A DNA stretch of 64,000 nucleotides from the human T2T-CHM13v2.0 reference genome, Homo sapiens. Position numbers and translations under genes: made by a program. Positions 12,664 to 26,816 of the stretch are shown here, piece after piece. Where the stretch lies: the NCBI RefSeq assembly GCF_009914755.1, contig NC_060936.1; one strand, written 5' to 3'. The notes under the pieces are model-generated. The model saw only the letters and a list, made by a program, of their open reading frames with translations. It was not told the DNA's origin and made no database searches. Each line of letters opens with the position of its first letter. The first letter of the stretch is position 1.

Positions 12664-15559
12664 AATGTGTTTTCTTTCAAATAAAACTTTATTAGAAAAA
12701 TCATGTATTATAACTAATATTTTAGAAATCTATAAGAGTATGGCTGAAGTTAAAAATTTAAACAAGTGTTATTAGTCTTCCTACATAAAATATTGGTATG
12801 GAATCTGCATACCTTAAATAAAAGCTTGTAGTTACAAAACTTTATATTCTTAGTAATATTGTATACTCTAGTTTAATTTACATGGCTGTTTGGCTCTGTT
12901 AATGATAGAAAACCCTTCATTATTAAGGACAGCACTTCACAGAAAATTGACTGAAGCTAACTTTAACTTGCAGATGGCGTTCATTAAAGAGTTTCTTTTC
13001 ATAAGGGTCATTTTTCATTTTTATTTCAAAGATTAAATGGATTTATACATAATTATTTCAACATGACATCTGTTCTCATTTTTTCCTTTCAGAGCTTTCT
13101 TCCCAAATATTCCATGTTTGTATTTTGTAAACCATACAAACAAGTTTTAAAGGAAAATATATAATCCTGAGTGATTACATAATTTATTGCCGTTCTCTAT
13201 CTTATGCTTTTAATTTTATTTAATGCATGTCTTAAGTTTTTCAACAGACTTTTCTAAATGCCATGATAATATTAAGCTCTTTGACAACATTAATTATGTG
13301 TACATATATTATTTCGATTGCACAGTTTTTGAGTGCAATGATGGATCCATTGAGAATGAGGATTCTGGAAAGCTCTAAAAGAGTGGCTTGTGTATTTTTC
13401 CTTCTTCCTTTTTACCCGCTTTCCTCTCTCCCTCCCTTTCTTCTGGAAATGGGAATTTTTTTAATGAAATTTCATGCAAATTCAATGAATGAATGGTAAA
13501 ACAAATCTGATCCAAACTATTGACAGAAGTGGAGGCAGGCACAGAACTCCAGCCTCTTCATCATCTCCTCGTTTCCTCCTGAATTCCTTTTCATGTAGTT
13601 TCTTGGACAGATGCATCTGGAATCTGAAAGTAATATTTAATAGAGTATTCACATTCTTAATAGTTGTTATATTTGTAAGTCAGCGACACAGGTTGAAGCC
13701 ACAAGCAATATTTAGTCTTGAATAGGTTTTACTTTTTAAAATTCTATTTGAGCTTTTTTCTTTTTTATTAATTGTGGTCATTTCTACAACTCTTTCTAGA
13801 AAACTGTATTTCTCAGATTTGAATATATTTGTTATTATTAGCTCTCTTATTTAAAGATGAACTAAGTTTCTTAAGGACAAAAAAGAAAATAATTTTTACC
13901 TACAATTTGATACTATGTAGAGAGAACATTTTCTTTCAGAAATGATCAAAATTGTGAAATCTTTGATAGATGGAAGAAAGTAGTTGTCTTTGCTTGTAAT
14001 GAATACTTTCAAAATAAAGTCGCTGAATAAAAATAGTGATCTTACGAAATATTATAGTTGGATATCATCAGAGAGGTGATATTATAAATCTTCTACCCCA
14101 GATAGTGATTTTTTAATAGTCTTTCTGTTGCAAATGTTTAGTCACTACTGAAATACATTATATGAAAGAGAGCTCACCACAAATCAAACCAATACAAAGG
14201 AGTATTACAAGGAAAAAGGCTTTGAATCCAAGTGCACATTGGAGCAAGCTGCTATTCTTTTACAGATTAGCTATTTGTTATTGCGCATTCAGCAAATTCC
14301 TTAGCTTTTGGTCTTCTGTCTACTAAAGGAAAATTTAAATTCCAGCTCTGCAAGTTTGTTGAGTAATAATATAAATGGATTATCTCATAGACAAATGTTT
14401 TAAAATAAAATATTGCTGTAGGATACTTGCTATATTGAACCAAAAACTGCCTTGTAACTTTGACTCCTTTGTCCTAGTGTTTATTTTCTATCCTACATGT
14501 CTGTTAGGATTCCCAAGTCTTGCTGTCCCCAGGCTAAAGCTATTCATTGAATTCAACTGTCCATTGTCTGACCTCATTTTCATATTCCTTAAACATTGCT
14601 CTTCCCTGGGATGCACTAGTTAAATCTTATTGTGGTATTGGGCTGTCCTTTTTTGTAGCCATCCTCAGGGAAGCCACACTTGTTTGGCATGACCCTGTTG
14701 TCTTGGCTGCACTCAATTGTACGTCCCCAAGCTGAGCAGTGAGATTCTGATTCAGGCATTCAGTATTGGGACCAAGGGAGAGTTAAGTTAGTCTTTTCCA
14801 ACATGCAAAAGCTGTAGGGCTTGAAGCAGAGAAAGTCAATTCACAGAGAAAATGAAACATAATTTCTGTTCTTTCTGCTAGTGTGGGGAGAGGAAGAGGG
14901 ATCTCAGTTACTTCAGGACTTTCATGATTCTTACTCTACTTCTTCCTGAAGCTACACCGTGATCCTGCCCTTTGTTCTAGAAATAACCACCTCCGTCAGC
15001 TACCTAGAGTTAGTTTCTGATACTGCAGTTACTATTTTTCATCAAAAGATGATGTTTGTTTTGTTGTTGTTGTTGTTTTGGGTGAGAACCATTAAGATGT
15101 GTCCTGTGATATCATTTTTACTTGTCAATTATGTCTCCATAATTTTTAAAAGATGCTGTTCATTATAAGACCTTCCCAATTCAGAGGTATCAAAATGTGA
15201 AAAAAATACTTTAATATAGCAATCTATTTTGAAAACATCTCTGTTAAAATCTAGGGCTCAGAATTGAACATGAAAACTGGCTCCCCTCTTCCCCTGAAAT
15301 GGTGGCACTAAAATAAAAGCCAACATATTTCCTGTTCTGTCCACAGAGCCCTTATCTCTTGTCTCCAGAAACCTATGAAACATTTCCATTTAGATGTCCC
15401 CATCAAACGTATTTCACAATTCATGCTCTTCTGCCTTGTCAGGCTGGATCTCCTTACTTTGTTTTCATAGCAGCACCATTTACCCCATCTTCTAAACTAG
15501 TGACCAAAGAGAGTAATTTGGGATTTTTTTCTTCTTTCAAATTTTGGCATTTATTTTTA

Positions 15560-15925
15560 AATTAATATTTTAAATCATGGTATAATACACATAACAAAGT
15601 TTACCATCTTGGTCATTTTTAAGTGCACATTTTAATGGTAATAAGTTAATTCACATTGTTGTGCAACCATCATCAATATCCATCTTCAGAACTCTTTCCA
15701 TTTTACAAAACTGAAACACTGTACCCACTAAGAAATTACTCCCCATTTCTTCCTTTACCAAGCCTCTGGTAGCCACCATTCCACTTTCTGTCCCTATGAA
15801 TTTGACTACTTTAGGTACCTTTTAGAAGTAAAATAGGACAGTATGTGTCTTTTTTTGTGACTAGCTTATTTTACTTGGCATAATGTATTCAAGGTTTATG
15901 TGTATTGTAGCATGTGTCAGAGTTT
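15560..15925 (-). mobile_element. L1MB-type 3' end fragment
   Basis: Similar to the L1 at 3257 (ccaccattccactttctgtccctatgaatttgactact). Confidence 0.85.
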
Positions 15926-17429
15926 TGACATTTCTTGTGTTGACATTATTCTGCTACTTACTCTTTTTTTTTCCTATCTTTATGCTGTCGCTGACAACTA
16001 GAAGGCCTAAGGTTTTATTACTTTGCACCTGCGCTACTGAAATAATGTCCTAACAGGTCTCTGGAGATTCCCTCCCTGCTTACTGTCATAATCTGTAATG
16101 CATGAATAATCTTTATATACATACATGGCTTTCTTCTGGTTGTTGACAATAGGACTATCATGAATGGACCTCCATGGGTGGTTAGTGCAATGTAGAGGTC
16201 CGAGATAACCCCATTCTTGCTAAAAACATTACACATTTTCATCTAATGTCCCCGACGTAGTCTATCCCTTCAATGTAATTTCCGAGACCTTTACAATATA
16301 GGTAGACCCTTTAAAAAATTACCGTGTGCTTAAATTTATATTCCACCATTGTTAGCCAAGGGCCTTCATTTCAATTTTATAGTCATTTAATTTTCTGTGT
16401 TTATATCTGTGTCTTCTTCTTTTTGCCTTTAATTCCCCTCAGCCAAAAATTTCAGCATACTTATGATCTATCCAAATATGTGTTCTGTGTATAGCTTACC
16501 TTTTTCATTAAAACTTCACTATTGTTTCAGCCCTGTATAGTTCACTTAGTTACACGTGTAATTTTAAACACTGTTGTTGACTGTGTTGTACTGGTTAGAA
16601 GCCATATTAACTAGATTTCAGTTTCTTGAAAATTTATACATTAGCAAGCATAGTGTAAATATGTATTAAGTGGGCAATAAATATTTGCTGTGTTAGTGGC
16701 ATTTTAATAGTACATGATGGAATAAATGATAGATGTGTTGTAAAAGCTTTTATTGCATGATTGCCAGTTTCTACCTCATTGTTGTTTCTAAATCTCCCAC
16801 TTTTAATTTACCTGAAAGTGCTTTAATGTGTGAAAATATTTAAGAAATTATTACTGTTCCTTTTTTCTCCTGAGAATCACACGGACAACTTTTTTTGATT
16901 TAATCTATATTTTGTCTAGCATTATCCCAACATTAGAAGTAGTTAATATATCCATAGGCAATTGTTAGATACATACGTAAGAAAGTGAAAAACCAACAGA
17001 CAGACAAAACCCACCTAAGTCAATAATATTGGCAATAGGATTTAGAATGCTGTTATGGCACATGAGATGCTCCACATCCTACCTACATGGAATATGGGGT
17101 ATGTGTAAAGAATATTGTTTAGCCCTATTTTTTCGTTTGTTTCTTTTGAACTACTCCGTTTTCCTTAACTCTCCTTATCTTTTTCTGAATGACCTTAAAC
17201 TCAAGGTAGTCGTTGAGTGGGAGGGATGATTTTTAGCCATCTTTTTCCTCCAACTCAGGTAGATAGGATTTACCAGCTTGGTCTTAATTTCCTCCTTTCT
17301 GTTAACATTGAAAACCATCATACTAACTGTAAAAATCAAATACTGTAATAAGAGTGAGGGAGTGCATGTTTTAAAGTCTGTAGCTATATTAGCTCATACC
17401 ACATATGTGGCAAGAAGCAGATACTGTAC

Positions 17430-18560
17430 AAATCAGTTCAATAATGAGGCATTGAAACACAAGTTACATACCGTGCTAGGAATAAAATGATAAACAGAGT
17501 AACACTATCCTGTCCTTTTGGATTTTTATAGTTTAGTAGGAATGTATTAAGTAATGACAAGTACATGAATATGATTAAAGGGATGTAAAATACTGAATAG
17601 CAAAGGGATTTTACTTTGTCTATGGGACCAGTGAAAACCTTTGAGAAAGTGTTCTTTAAACAAAGACTTGAAAGTTGAGCAGGAGGTAGCCAGGCATAAA
17701 GGAACCCAGAGAGTTTTCCAAGTGGAGTTTTCCAAAAAGCATGTGTGAAGACTTGCAAGCTTGTACAACCCACCATTTTTTTTGTTGTTGCTGTTCTGTT
17801 TTGTTTTGCTTTAGGATTTTAGCAGCCTGAAGCCATGGATCTTTGTTTCTGTCTCTAGTTTTAAGTGGAAAAGTGGGCTGAGGAAGGGGCTTCACTGGCC
17901 CAACGAGAAACAGAAATTTGGAACCCATGACTGTATTTCTCCTGTGGACACCCCCTGCCTAGGACAAGAGAGAGCTGTGCTGTAGAATGCTGGGGAAATG
18001 GAAAGGCAGCATTGGTGGAACAGAGAGCATGGAGAAATCGTCAGTGCTGGGAAATTGTGGGAGCTGAGCAACAAGTGTGAGATGAGACAGGTGGGGGCCA
18101 AATGATGCAGGGCCTAGCTCTACTTGTCAAGGATTTTGAAATGAACCTTAAAGGAAGCTATTTAAAGGCTTAGTCAAGGGCCTATTATGGTGTGATTTGT
18201 GTTTTAAAGTAGCCATTCACCTGCATTATGGAGAATGAAATGAAAGGAAGCCAGGAGTAAATGTGGGAAAACCAGCAGCCAGGACAGTGGAGGAGAGCAT
18301 CTTTGACCAGTGTGATGGTACGGGAGGGTGAAAATAGATGGACTTTAGAGACGTTTAGTAATAGTTTTAAACTCATGTGCTGTAAATTCGATTTGATTTT
18401 AAGAGGTGACAGGAAGGCAGGAGGCAACAATAGCTTTCAGGTTTATACCTTGAGTAGTTCTGTGAAAGGTGATGATAGATAACAGAATGTGATTCCTGAG
18501 ATGAGAAAAACTGGCCAAAGAACAGATTCTGGAGAGACGGCAAAGAGGAATTCTGTGATA
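17430..18560. mobile_element. L2 fragments
   Basis: Purine-rich L2 motifs (gtcaaggattttg, aaaatagatggactttagagac, gagatgagaaaaactg). Confidence 0.55.
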
Positions 18561-19496
18561 TTATACATTATTGTATGTTAATATATAGTGTAATATTTAT
18601 GTATACGTATATTTGATTATATGCCTATAGGATACTGATTTTGGAATCATCCCTCCACAAATGGCCAATAAGGCCACGGAATTAGACAAAATATATTGGG
18701 AGCTTGTAGAAAAAGAAGCACTCTTGAGAATACAAGTACTTAACAAGAGAGTAGAAGTGAATTTAGGGCAGACAACCATAGATTTCAAATCATATAGCAG
18801 GAAAAAGTCTTGTACATCATCCAATCTGATATAATCAAAATGAAGATGAATGAAATGAAATTCTGTCAGACTGTATAAATTTCTCTAAGTCACGCATAGA
18901 AAGTCTCCTAAGTCTACGTTTCTTGTGTAGGTTTTGAAAAATACAATTCAGCTTCCTATTGATATTTTGTCTGAATTGAATTATATATTGCGAAGGTGTC
19001 AAAAATGTTTTCCTATGTTTAAATTTAACACCCTTTGGTGGCAGCAAATTTTCACATCTCTCTTGAGTATTCAAATTTGTTAAAATATGAAACACAGTGC
19101 TTGGCCAAAAACAGATAATATTTGCTGAATGAATCAAACGGGTTTCTGAGACAATCAATCCTTTAAAGATAGAGACTCAGTTATTTGTCTTTTTCTTCTG
19201 AGCGAAGTACAAATACTTACATAACAATTATATTGAATTATTGTTATTTTTTTCTTGTAGCTATTTTTTCTCATGGTGTAAACTGAGGGCAATAATTGGC
19301 ATTTTTCAGAGCAAAAGTTTGATGTTTAAAAATCTAATAAATATAAACCACTATTAGACCTAAAAGTATGTCAAACATAATACAACTCTGATTATAAAGT
19401 ACTCATTACTTTTTTGATCATAAAGATTAAACTTTACAGGATTGCTGATAAACTTAATAGCACATTTTTTTTTTTTGCTTTCCAAAAAAGCTTTTA

Positions 19497-19624
19497 TTTA
19501 AAGACTTTCTTTTTTAACCACAGAATGTCAAGATAGTTATGTTCTATTTATTGCTGATTTCTCCCTTTCTATTTTTTTCCTTTCTTTTTGTATCATGCCC
19601 ATAGCAGCTGTTTCCCTAACCCTT
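19497..19624 (+). repeat. 128-bp dispersed direct repeat, copy A
   Basis: Matches 23014-23141 with about 8 substitutions. Confidence 0.9.
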
Positions 19625-19803
19625 ACCCCAACCCACAGGCTTTCCCACGCTCCTTTTTTGGCTCTCATTTGGCATCGATCCTGAGTTTGACAGATAAAAC
19701 ATGTGTCTGAATTGTAGTTACAGCCAAACTACAATCTATCAGCTTTTCCCTCAGGGTAATTATGCTTATTTTATCCCAAAACAAGGTAATTGTTTTGTGA
19801 TAA

Positions 19804-20232
<429 letters not shown>

Positions 20233-20309
20233 TGACAGATGACTCAGGTTCTTTGGAGTCAGTGTGAATGAAGCTCATGGGATATTAGAATTGGAGACAG
20301 AAACAGAGA

Positions 20310-20500
20310 GGCAGTACAGGCTTCAGTGTTAGACAGAAATGGGATTCAGTCCAAACTTGGACACATACTAGGTTGTGACTCTGGATGTGATATTCAATTT
20401 CTATGTGTTTCCATTTCCTCATGTGTAAAATGAGATAACTACAAGCCTTTTGAAACTTTGATCCTGAAGATGTCGTTTTGGTAGATCTAAAATGAATACA
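20310..20500 (+). mobile_element. MIR
   Basis: tttcctcatgtgtaaaatgagataact core. Confidence 0.55.
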
Positions 20501-22219
20501 TGGTGGATCCCATCACTGTTTTATTTAGAAATACAAAATCAAAGTTATTAATTCTAAGATATGCATCCATAGCTCTGCAGTATCCAAAGCACAGCATTAA
20601 CTTTAGTTGCATGAAAATTTCCCAAGTTGGTATATGGATGTATATGAAATTGGAGTGGTCATGGAAAGCATATGTGACTTTAAAAAATGAAAATTCTCAC
20701 TCGAGGTTATCAACACCCTTGGACTTAAAGATCTGATTGTGAATTGTCTAAATTATGTGAAACAGACAAACTACCGTTAGGTTGTTTTCCTATGCGGAAT
20801 ATTTGACAACTAAACTTAAATTCACAAATTTAAGACATGAATGGATATAACCCACCTTTGTATGTGAATGCATGTGTGTGTATGTGTGTGTGTCACTAAA
20901 TGGTCACAATTTAAAACAAGACCAGAATTAAGCATTCAAAAAACATTTATTAAGCAGCCACTATGTGCCAGGAATAGTAGAATAAATAAAATCTTCTAAA
21001 GTTTACAGTTACTTTAAAGTACTCCAAATTTAAGCATACTTCACACGTGCTATATAAAACATAAAACAACTTAATTCTTTATTAGTGTGTATTTCAGTTG
21101 CATCTTTAGGCTTTTTCTGAATGCCTTCATTACTTCTTAAAGCCCTCAAGAAATTATGAAAACTCAGAAGGCAACCTATCTGATTTCTTAAATTTAAATT
21201 TCCTGGTTAATTTATTTAGATTATTTGAAAATTCTTCTTTGCCCAGGTACCTCATACATACATGGACTATACTACTTGGTCACTTTTAATTTAGAAGGAA
21301 CTTCCTTTAGGAACAGATATTTTTTATAGCTGTAAATTATTTAAATTCACATGAAATCACTCTTTATATTCAAAGTACATAAGGTGAGATGTAGTTTCTT
21401 TTTCTTATAAATTTATCCTATTAAGGGAATAAATTGGCTATTTTATTTAAAACAGAAATAGAAATTTTATGAATGATGGTTGGGAACTTTAACCAAAATG
21501 TACATAATGTGCATAAATGATGGGAAACTTTGTTTCTGCAACTAGAATTCATGCTATAATGTGGACATTGTTAGTCTATAAGTTAATACGTGTAATTTAA
21601 CCTTATCCCTGTACTTGATAGATCATTAGTTAGCAGAGTTATTTATGTGACATTATGTGGCATGCCTTAATTTTTAGAACCAGTTTACTTTTTCAAAAAA
21701 TACATTGCAGTACACAAAAGTCCTGTAGAAAAAGGTCATTTGAAGTCTTATATTAGAATGATATAATTTCCTTTTTTGTTTTACTTTGAGTTTTAAAAAT
21801 TGATTTATTTGGAAACAGATTAGCAAGTCCCCAATTATATCTTTAGATACTGGTATATTAAAGAATATTTTACAAAATCACAGTATCAACCATAGCCTCG
21901 AGAGGTAAAACTTATCCTATTTTTAATTTCCAGTGGTAGCACTTTGTAAATAAAAATTATGGTGTATGTGCCAAAAGCCTGGACTTTTGTCTGGCAAAGG
22001 TTGTTTAAAACTTGAAGAGACATCAAGAAATATGTGAGTTCATCCACCCAGATCTAGCCAGAACTGCTTTTGAATGGTTCTGTGGCTCATTTAGGCAATT
22101 AAAGCCTTGTGATTGCCCTATTAAAAGTCTGAAAGTATGCATATAACCCACCAGTGTTTTACAGAGGAATAATAGGTAAGATTTATAAAACATCTGAAAT
22201 GAAAAAAATGTAGGATAAT

Positions 22220-22790
22220 AAAAGCAGGTATTTGTTGAGTACTTACTGAGTGTTCGAGGCAGCGTACTTAGATAATCTCTGAGTTTTGTTATACGTATTA
22301 AATGAGTTAATATAAAGCACATATGTGCCTGGCACATAAATGTTATGTATTTACAGTAACAACAATAACAGTTGTCATTGATTTAATTATACATTATTAT
22401 CCTAAAAATAACAGAAAATCAATAGATGGGAGAGCCGGGATTGGAATTCCAGGCTGTCTGTCTCTGAAGTCCATTCTCCATATCACTGAGCTATTCTAGT
22501 TTTCCTGGGTAGAGAATCTAGGATGGCCAAAAAATGTCCCCAGAGCCTCCCTGTAAGCTGTCCTCCACAACAGACTTCTGGAATAGAAAGAAGTTGGCTT
22601 ATGACCTCTTGTCACTGCCTAGTCCTTGGGTGTGATAAAGTTATTTAAACTGTTTGAACTCCTCCTTCTGTAAGCAGGGGATATCAGTAATATCAATCCT
22701 AAATGTGTCGGGAGGATTAAATGAGATAATGCATGCATATTGCTGCTGAACACAAAGTCTGTCACATAATAGGTACTCAATAAAGGAAGG
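22220..22790. mobile_element. Cluster of MIR/L2-tail fragments
   Basis: attaaatgagttaatataaagcac...gtgcctggcacata; ggattaaatgagataatgcatg; taggtactcaataaa. Confidence 0.6.
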
Positions 22791-23013
22791 CTGTCCTTGT
22801 TGCTTTGAGGAATGCAGATGACTGATTCCATTGGTTCTGAGTGCTCAGTTTGTGGCCTGACTGAATTATGTGCACCAGATCTGGTGGTAGGTTTTTGTGA
22901 ATTGACCTCACCCCGGTTGCATCTTAGCTTTTCTCCACCTTTTAGGGGATATACTTTCCTCAGCCGTTTCATTTAAATTGTATTTAATGTGGTTATATTT
23001 TTAAAAGGTGGTT

Positions 23014-23141
23014 TTTAAAGGCTTTCTTTTTTAACCACAGAATGTCAAGATAGTTATGTTCTGTTTATTGCCGATTTCTCTCTTTCTGTTTTTTTCCTTT
23101 CTTTTTGTATCATGCCCGTGGCAACTGTTTCCCTAACCCTT
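23014..23141 (+). repeat. 128-bp dispersed direct repeat, copy B
   Basis: Matches 19497-19624. Confidence 0.9.
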
Positions 23142-23755
23142 GATTAGCTTACTTTCTGAAATAAGAGCGTAAAATAATAAAAATAATGGTTACTATATTG
23201 TGTTAATTTTCCCACAACACTTTTTTTAATGCTTTTACATTTTACATAACTGGGATAGTATTATATATTGATTAGTGTTCTATATTTTTAAATTAACAGT
23301 ATGTTATAACCCATTTTATACATTAAAAGTCTGTAGAAATTACTTCTATGCTTCTTAATATTCCGTATATGACTGTGTCATATTTTATGTAAGTAATTCT
23401 CTCTTGTTAGGCTTGTTGATTATCTCCTGGTTTTGTCAGTATAAATAATACTGAAGTGCATATTTTAGTAAATTCTTGGTTGCACTTCTGATTACTGTTT
23501 TCAGATATATGTCTGTATATGGGGTTATAGATTAAAGAAACTAAGCCCTCTATGCTTTAAAATAATGGTTTTCAACCTCATAATTAAAATTGGATGAAAT
23601 TTCTTTTAAAAATCTTAGAGCAGTGATTTTTAAAGTGCCCTGTGACATCTCCTTTGGGGTTGCTATTGAGAGGGGAGAGTTACACACTGAAGGTGGCTTT
23701 TCTTAAATGCCGTTTCTTTTTTATTTTATTTTTTTTGCTTATACCAGGTGAAACT

Positions 23756-23960
23756 TATTTTCTTTTGAGGCAAGATCTTGCTCTGTCATTGAGGGTGGAG
23801 TGCAGTGGTACGATCATAGCTCCCTGCAGGCTTGAACTCCTAGGTTCAAGTGATTCACCTGCCTTAGCCTCCCTAGTAGCTGGGACTACAGGTGTGCACC
23901 ACCATGTCCCACTGTTTTTGTTTTTTGTTTTTTTCAATTTTCTTTTAGAGACAGGGTCTC
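23756..23960 (-). mobile_element. AluJ, partial (right arm, linker, start of left arm)
   Basis: gatcatagctccctgcaggcttgaactcctagg (AluJ diagnostics); stops at gagacagggtctc. Confidence 0.9.
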
Positions 23961-24194
23961 TAAAAGACGCTGTGTTTTTTAGTTCCAAGGATGCTTTTCA
24001 AAATATCGAGTTTCACAAAAAATAAAGTCAAGATATGTTGCTTCATGTGGCTAATGTTTTTGTTCCATTTTATAATAAAATGTAAATATTAAATTCTCAT
24101 ATAACTCATTAGAGAACCACAAATAAATGCATTTACTTAATAAATAATTTATTTTAAATTATATGACAACCCTATGATTAAATTTAATATTGTA

Positions 24195-24451
24195 TTTTTT
24201 TTTTTTTTTTTTTTGAGACAAAGTCTCACTCTGTCACCCAGGCTGGAGTGCAGTGGCTGTGATCTCGGCTCACTGCAACATCTGCCTCCGAGGTTCAAGT
24301 GATTCTTCTGCCTCAGCCTCTTGAGTAGCTGGGATTACAGATGTGTGCCACCATGCCTGGCTAATTCTTTTATGTTTAGTAGATATGGGGTTTCACCATG
24401 TTGGCCAGGCTAGTCTCGAACTCCTGACCTCAAGTGATCCACCCACCTTGG
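24195..24451 (-). mobile_element. AluS lacking its 5' ~45 bp
   Basis: Poly-T, then an Alu body ending abruptly at ccacccaccttgg. Confidence 0.92.
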
Positions 24452-24477
24452 TGAGGACACAGAGCCAAACCGTATCG
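24448..24477. mobile_element. Terminal ~30 bp of a THE1/MST (MaLR) LTR
   Basis: ttggtgaggacacagagccaaaccgtatc resembles the MaLR terminus ...ggggacacagagccaaaccatatca. Confidence 0.7.
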
Positions 24478-26523
24478 AATATCATTAAAAAGAAACTGTG
24501 GCATGGGATAGTTTAGGAATTTTTTAAAAATCAGGTGAAGAATATTTTGTTGACTTGTCATCATAATTTTTATTTACAAAGATATGGAAAAATATTTAGA
24601 TCTTGGTGCAAGTATAGAAAGAACACTATTCTACCTATTTCCAAAGGGCTTGGTTATCACATGGAGCCAGGGCTTCGGAGAAGAGAGGATGTCTGTATTG
24701 GAGAGAGACTATTTGGCAGTATTCTTGGCAACTTGGTAGGGACTCGCAGAAAACTGCAGTATGACTCTTACCTATAAATCCGATCTCCACGCTCTAAACT
24801 CAGTCAAGTCTCGAGCTCATGATTGCTTACCTCCGAGTTTTATGTTATTTTTAACACAAGAATGGTCTGAGTTCATGCGGAGGTTGACTGATGTAGGGTA
24901 GAGGCTACCCTGGAATAAGCTAGCATCCGAGAGGAATGAAACTCCATTGGTAATGACAAGTAGCAGGACTCTTGGCCAAGAGTTAAGTTGGGGCAGGAAG
25001 TTTGAACTGACTGCTGAATTGGGGGACATTCAGGGCAATTGTACACGTATTGCAAGGGACAGGGAGGCTCCAGGTGACAGCTTGGTTACATGATTTTTTT
25101 TCAAGAGCAATGTACAGGAAGCACAGGCCTTACTTTTTATTGTTGTATGGAGCAGAGTCCCAGAAGGACCGGCTGTGGAGTGCTGAATAAAATCCCTGTG
25201 AATGCACACCGGGTTCTCTGAAAATACAAGCTTCTAGTCATTTCTGGGTTAAGGTGTAGTCCATTTCGCTTTGCTATCAGATTACACATAAGTTATTGAG
25301 CAATAAAAGGAAGAATGTCTTGTTCTTTATTCATATGTTCTAAATCTGGTAGGCCATCGAACTGTACTTTAATAAGAATAGGGGAAGGACAGGTATACGA
25401 GTGTTGGACTTGTTCCATATTGTCCCATTTGGCAGAACAGGACCAAAAAGTAGTCTTTTTCTTTTTTTCTGATCATTAGAGGTATTTAAGAGCAGAAACA
25501 AAGTTTGGTGGGGATAAAATAGAGAACACTGAAATGGTAAAACCACAATAATATTGACAAATAGGATAGTTATATTAGACAAAAACATGTTCCTTGAGTC
25601 TGGAAATTGTTAGTGTCAAGTTACACTATGTATTAAGGCACCGTAACATATTGTGGCACTGACTTTTAGGCACATATATTTGTATATCTTTCTAATTTTT
25701 TTCAAAAGTGGATTTTTCTGCCATTTATATTTGCCATCGTATAAATAAAATTTTTATGTTTTGATGTTCAACAGCCATTTTATACTAATAGGAGCTCTAA
25801 CTGTGACAATCAAATAAATTAATGTTTTTATACATGTCTTTATCGGACTTAAATCTGTGTTCACACCAGATAACAACTCAAGACTGTGACTATGCTATTG
25901 GCTATGAGGAGTGTTGCTTTAATTGCAGCGAAGTTAATCTGTAGAATTTAACAATTATGTTGCCATCTATCTTAAGGGTTTATAACTCTGGTATAGAATA
26001 AGCAAATAGCATAAAACACTTGTACCTGTGTGTACTCCTCAGAGTTTTATTGGTAATAAAAAAAAAAAAAAAAACCACCCATGCTCACTTTTGTGCTTGG
26101 GAACAGAATCTGTTTCTAACCTTTGCTATTAACAGGAAGTGGGAGAGGTGAAATGAGCCCTGGTTTTGTGGCCGGGCCAGAGCACTCTGTGTTCCTGAGA
26201 GTGGTATTCAGGTTTCATGTCTGTCTAGCTTCTTGCTCCTTTGAATAGCTGGCCTTTGAAGTGCTAAAAACATAGATTGGTAATGAGCAATGTAAAGTAA
26301 AGAGTGGGAAAATATTTGGAAAATTCAAGCTCTGAGAATAGCCTGTCTGGGATGATTTGGCTCAGGCTGTGTTGTAACTGTGTTTTTCTTTCCCAGGTAA
26401 ATTGTGAAGTTTTATGAATATAATAGTATAAATTTCCTCTATAAGAATAATTGAAAAATCTCAACTTCACTTGCGTTTTTGGTAGAACGATTGCTATATT
26501 TAGTTTAAAATTTTAGGGCGGCA

Positions 26524-26816
26524 GGCCGGGCGCAATGGCTCACGCCTGTAATCCTAGCACTTTGGGAGGCCAAGGTGGGCGGATCACGAGGTCAGGAGAT
26601 CGAGACCATCCTGGCTAACATGGTGAAACTCCATCTCTACTAAAAATACAAAAAATTAGCCGGGCATGGTGGCGGGCACCTGTAGTCCCAGCTACTCGGG
26701 AGGCTGAGGGGAGAATGGCGTGAACCCGGGAAGTGGAGCTTGCAGTGAGCCAAGATCGCACCACTGCACTCCAGCCTGGGCAACAGAGCGAGACTCTGTC
26801 TCAAAAAAAAAAAAAT
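26524..26816 (+). mobile_element. AluY-like, full length
   Basis: ggccgggcgc start, gagaatggcgtgaacccggg, gagcttgcagtg, poly(A); TSD ~aaatttaggg(c/t)ggca. Confidence 0.95.

Noticed and set aside
14400-15040. Possible old MLT1 LTR, also at ~37380-37780
   Set aside because: Only vague resemblance; boundaries and family cannot be supported by eye.
16165-16201. Small hairpin ggacctc...gaggtcc
   Set aside because: A 7-bp stem is too short for a pre-miRNA and is expected by chance.
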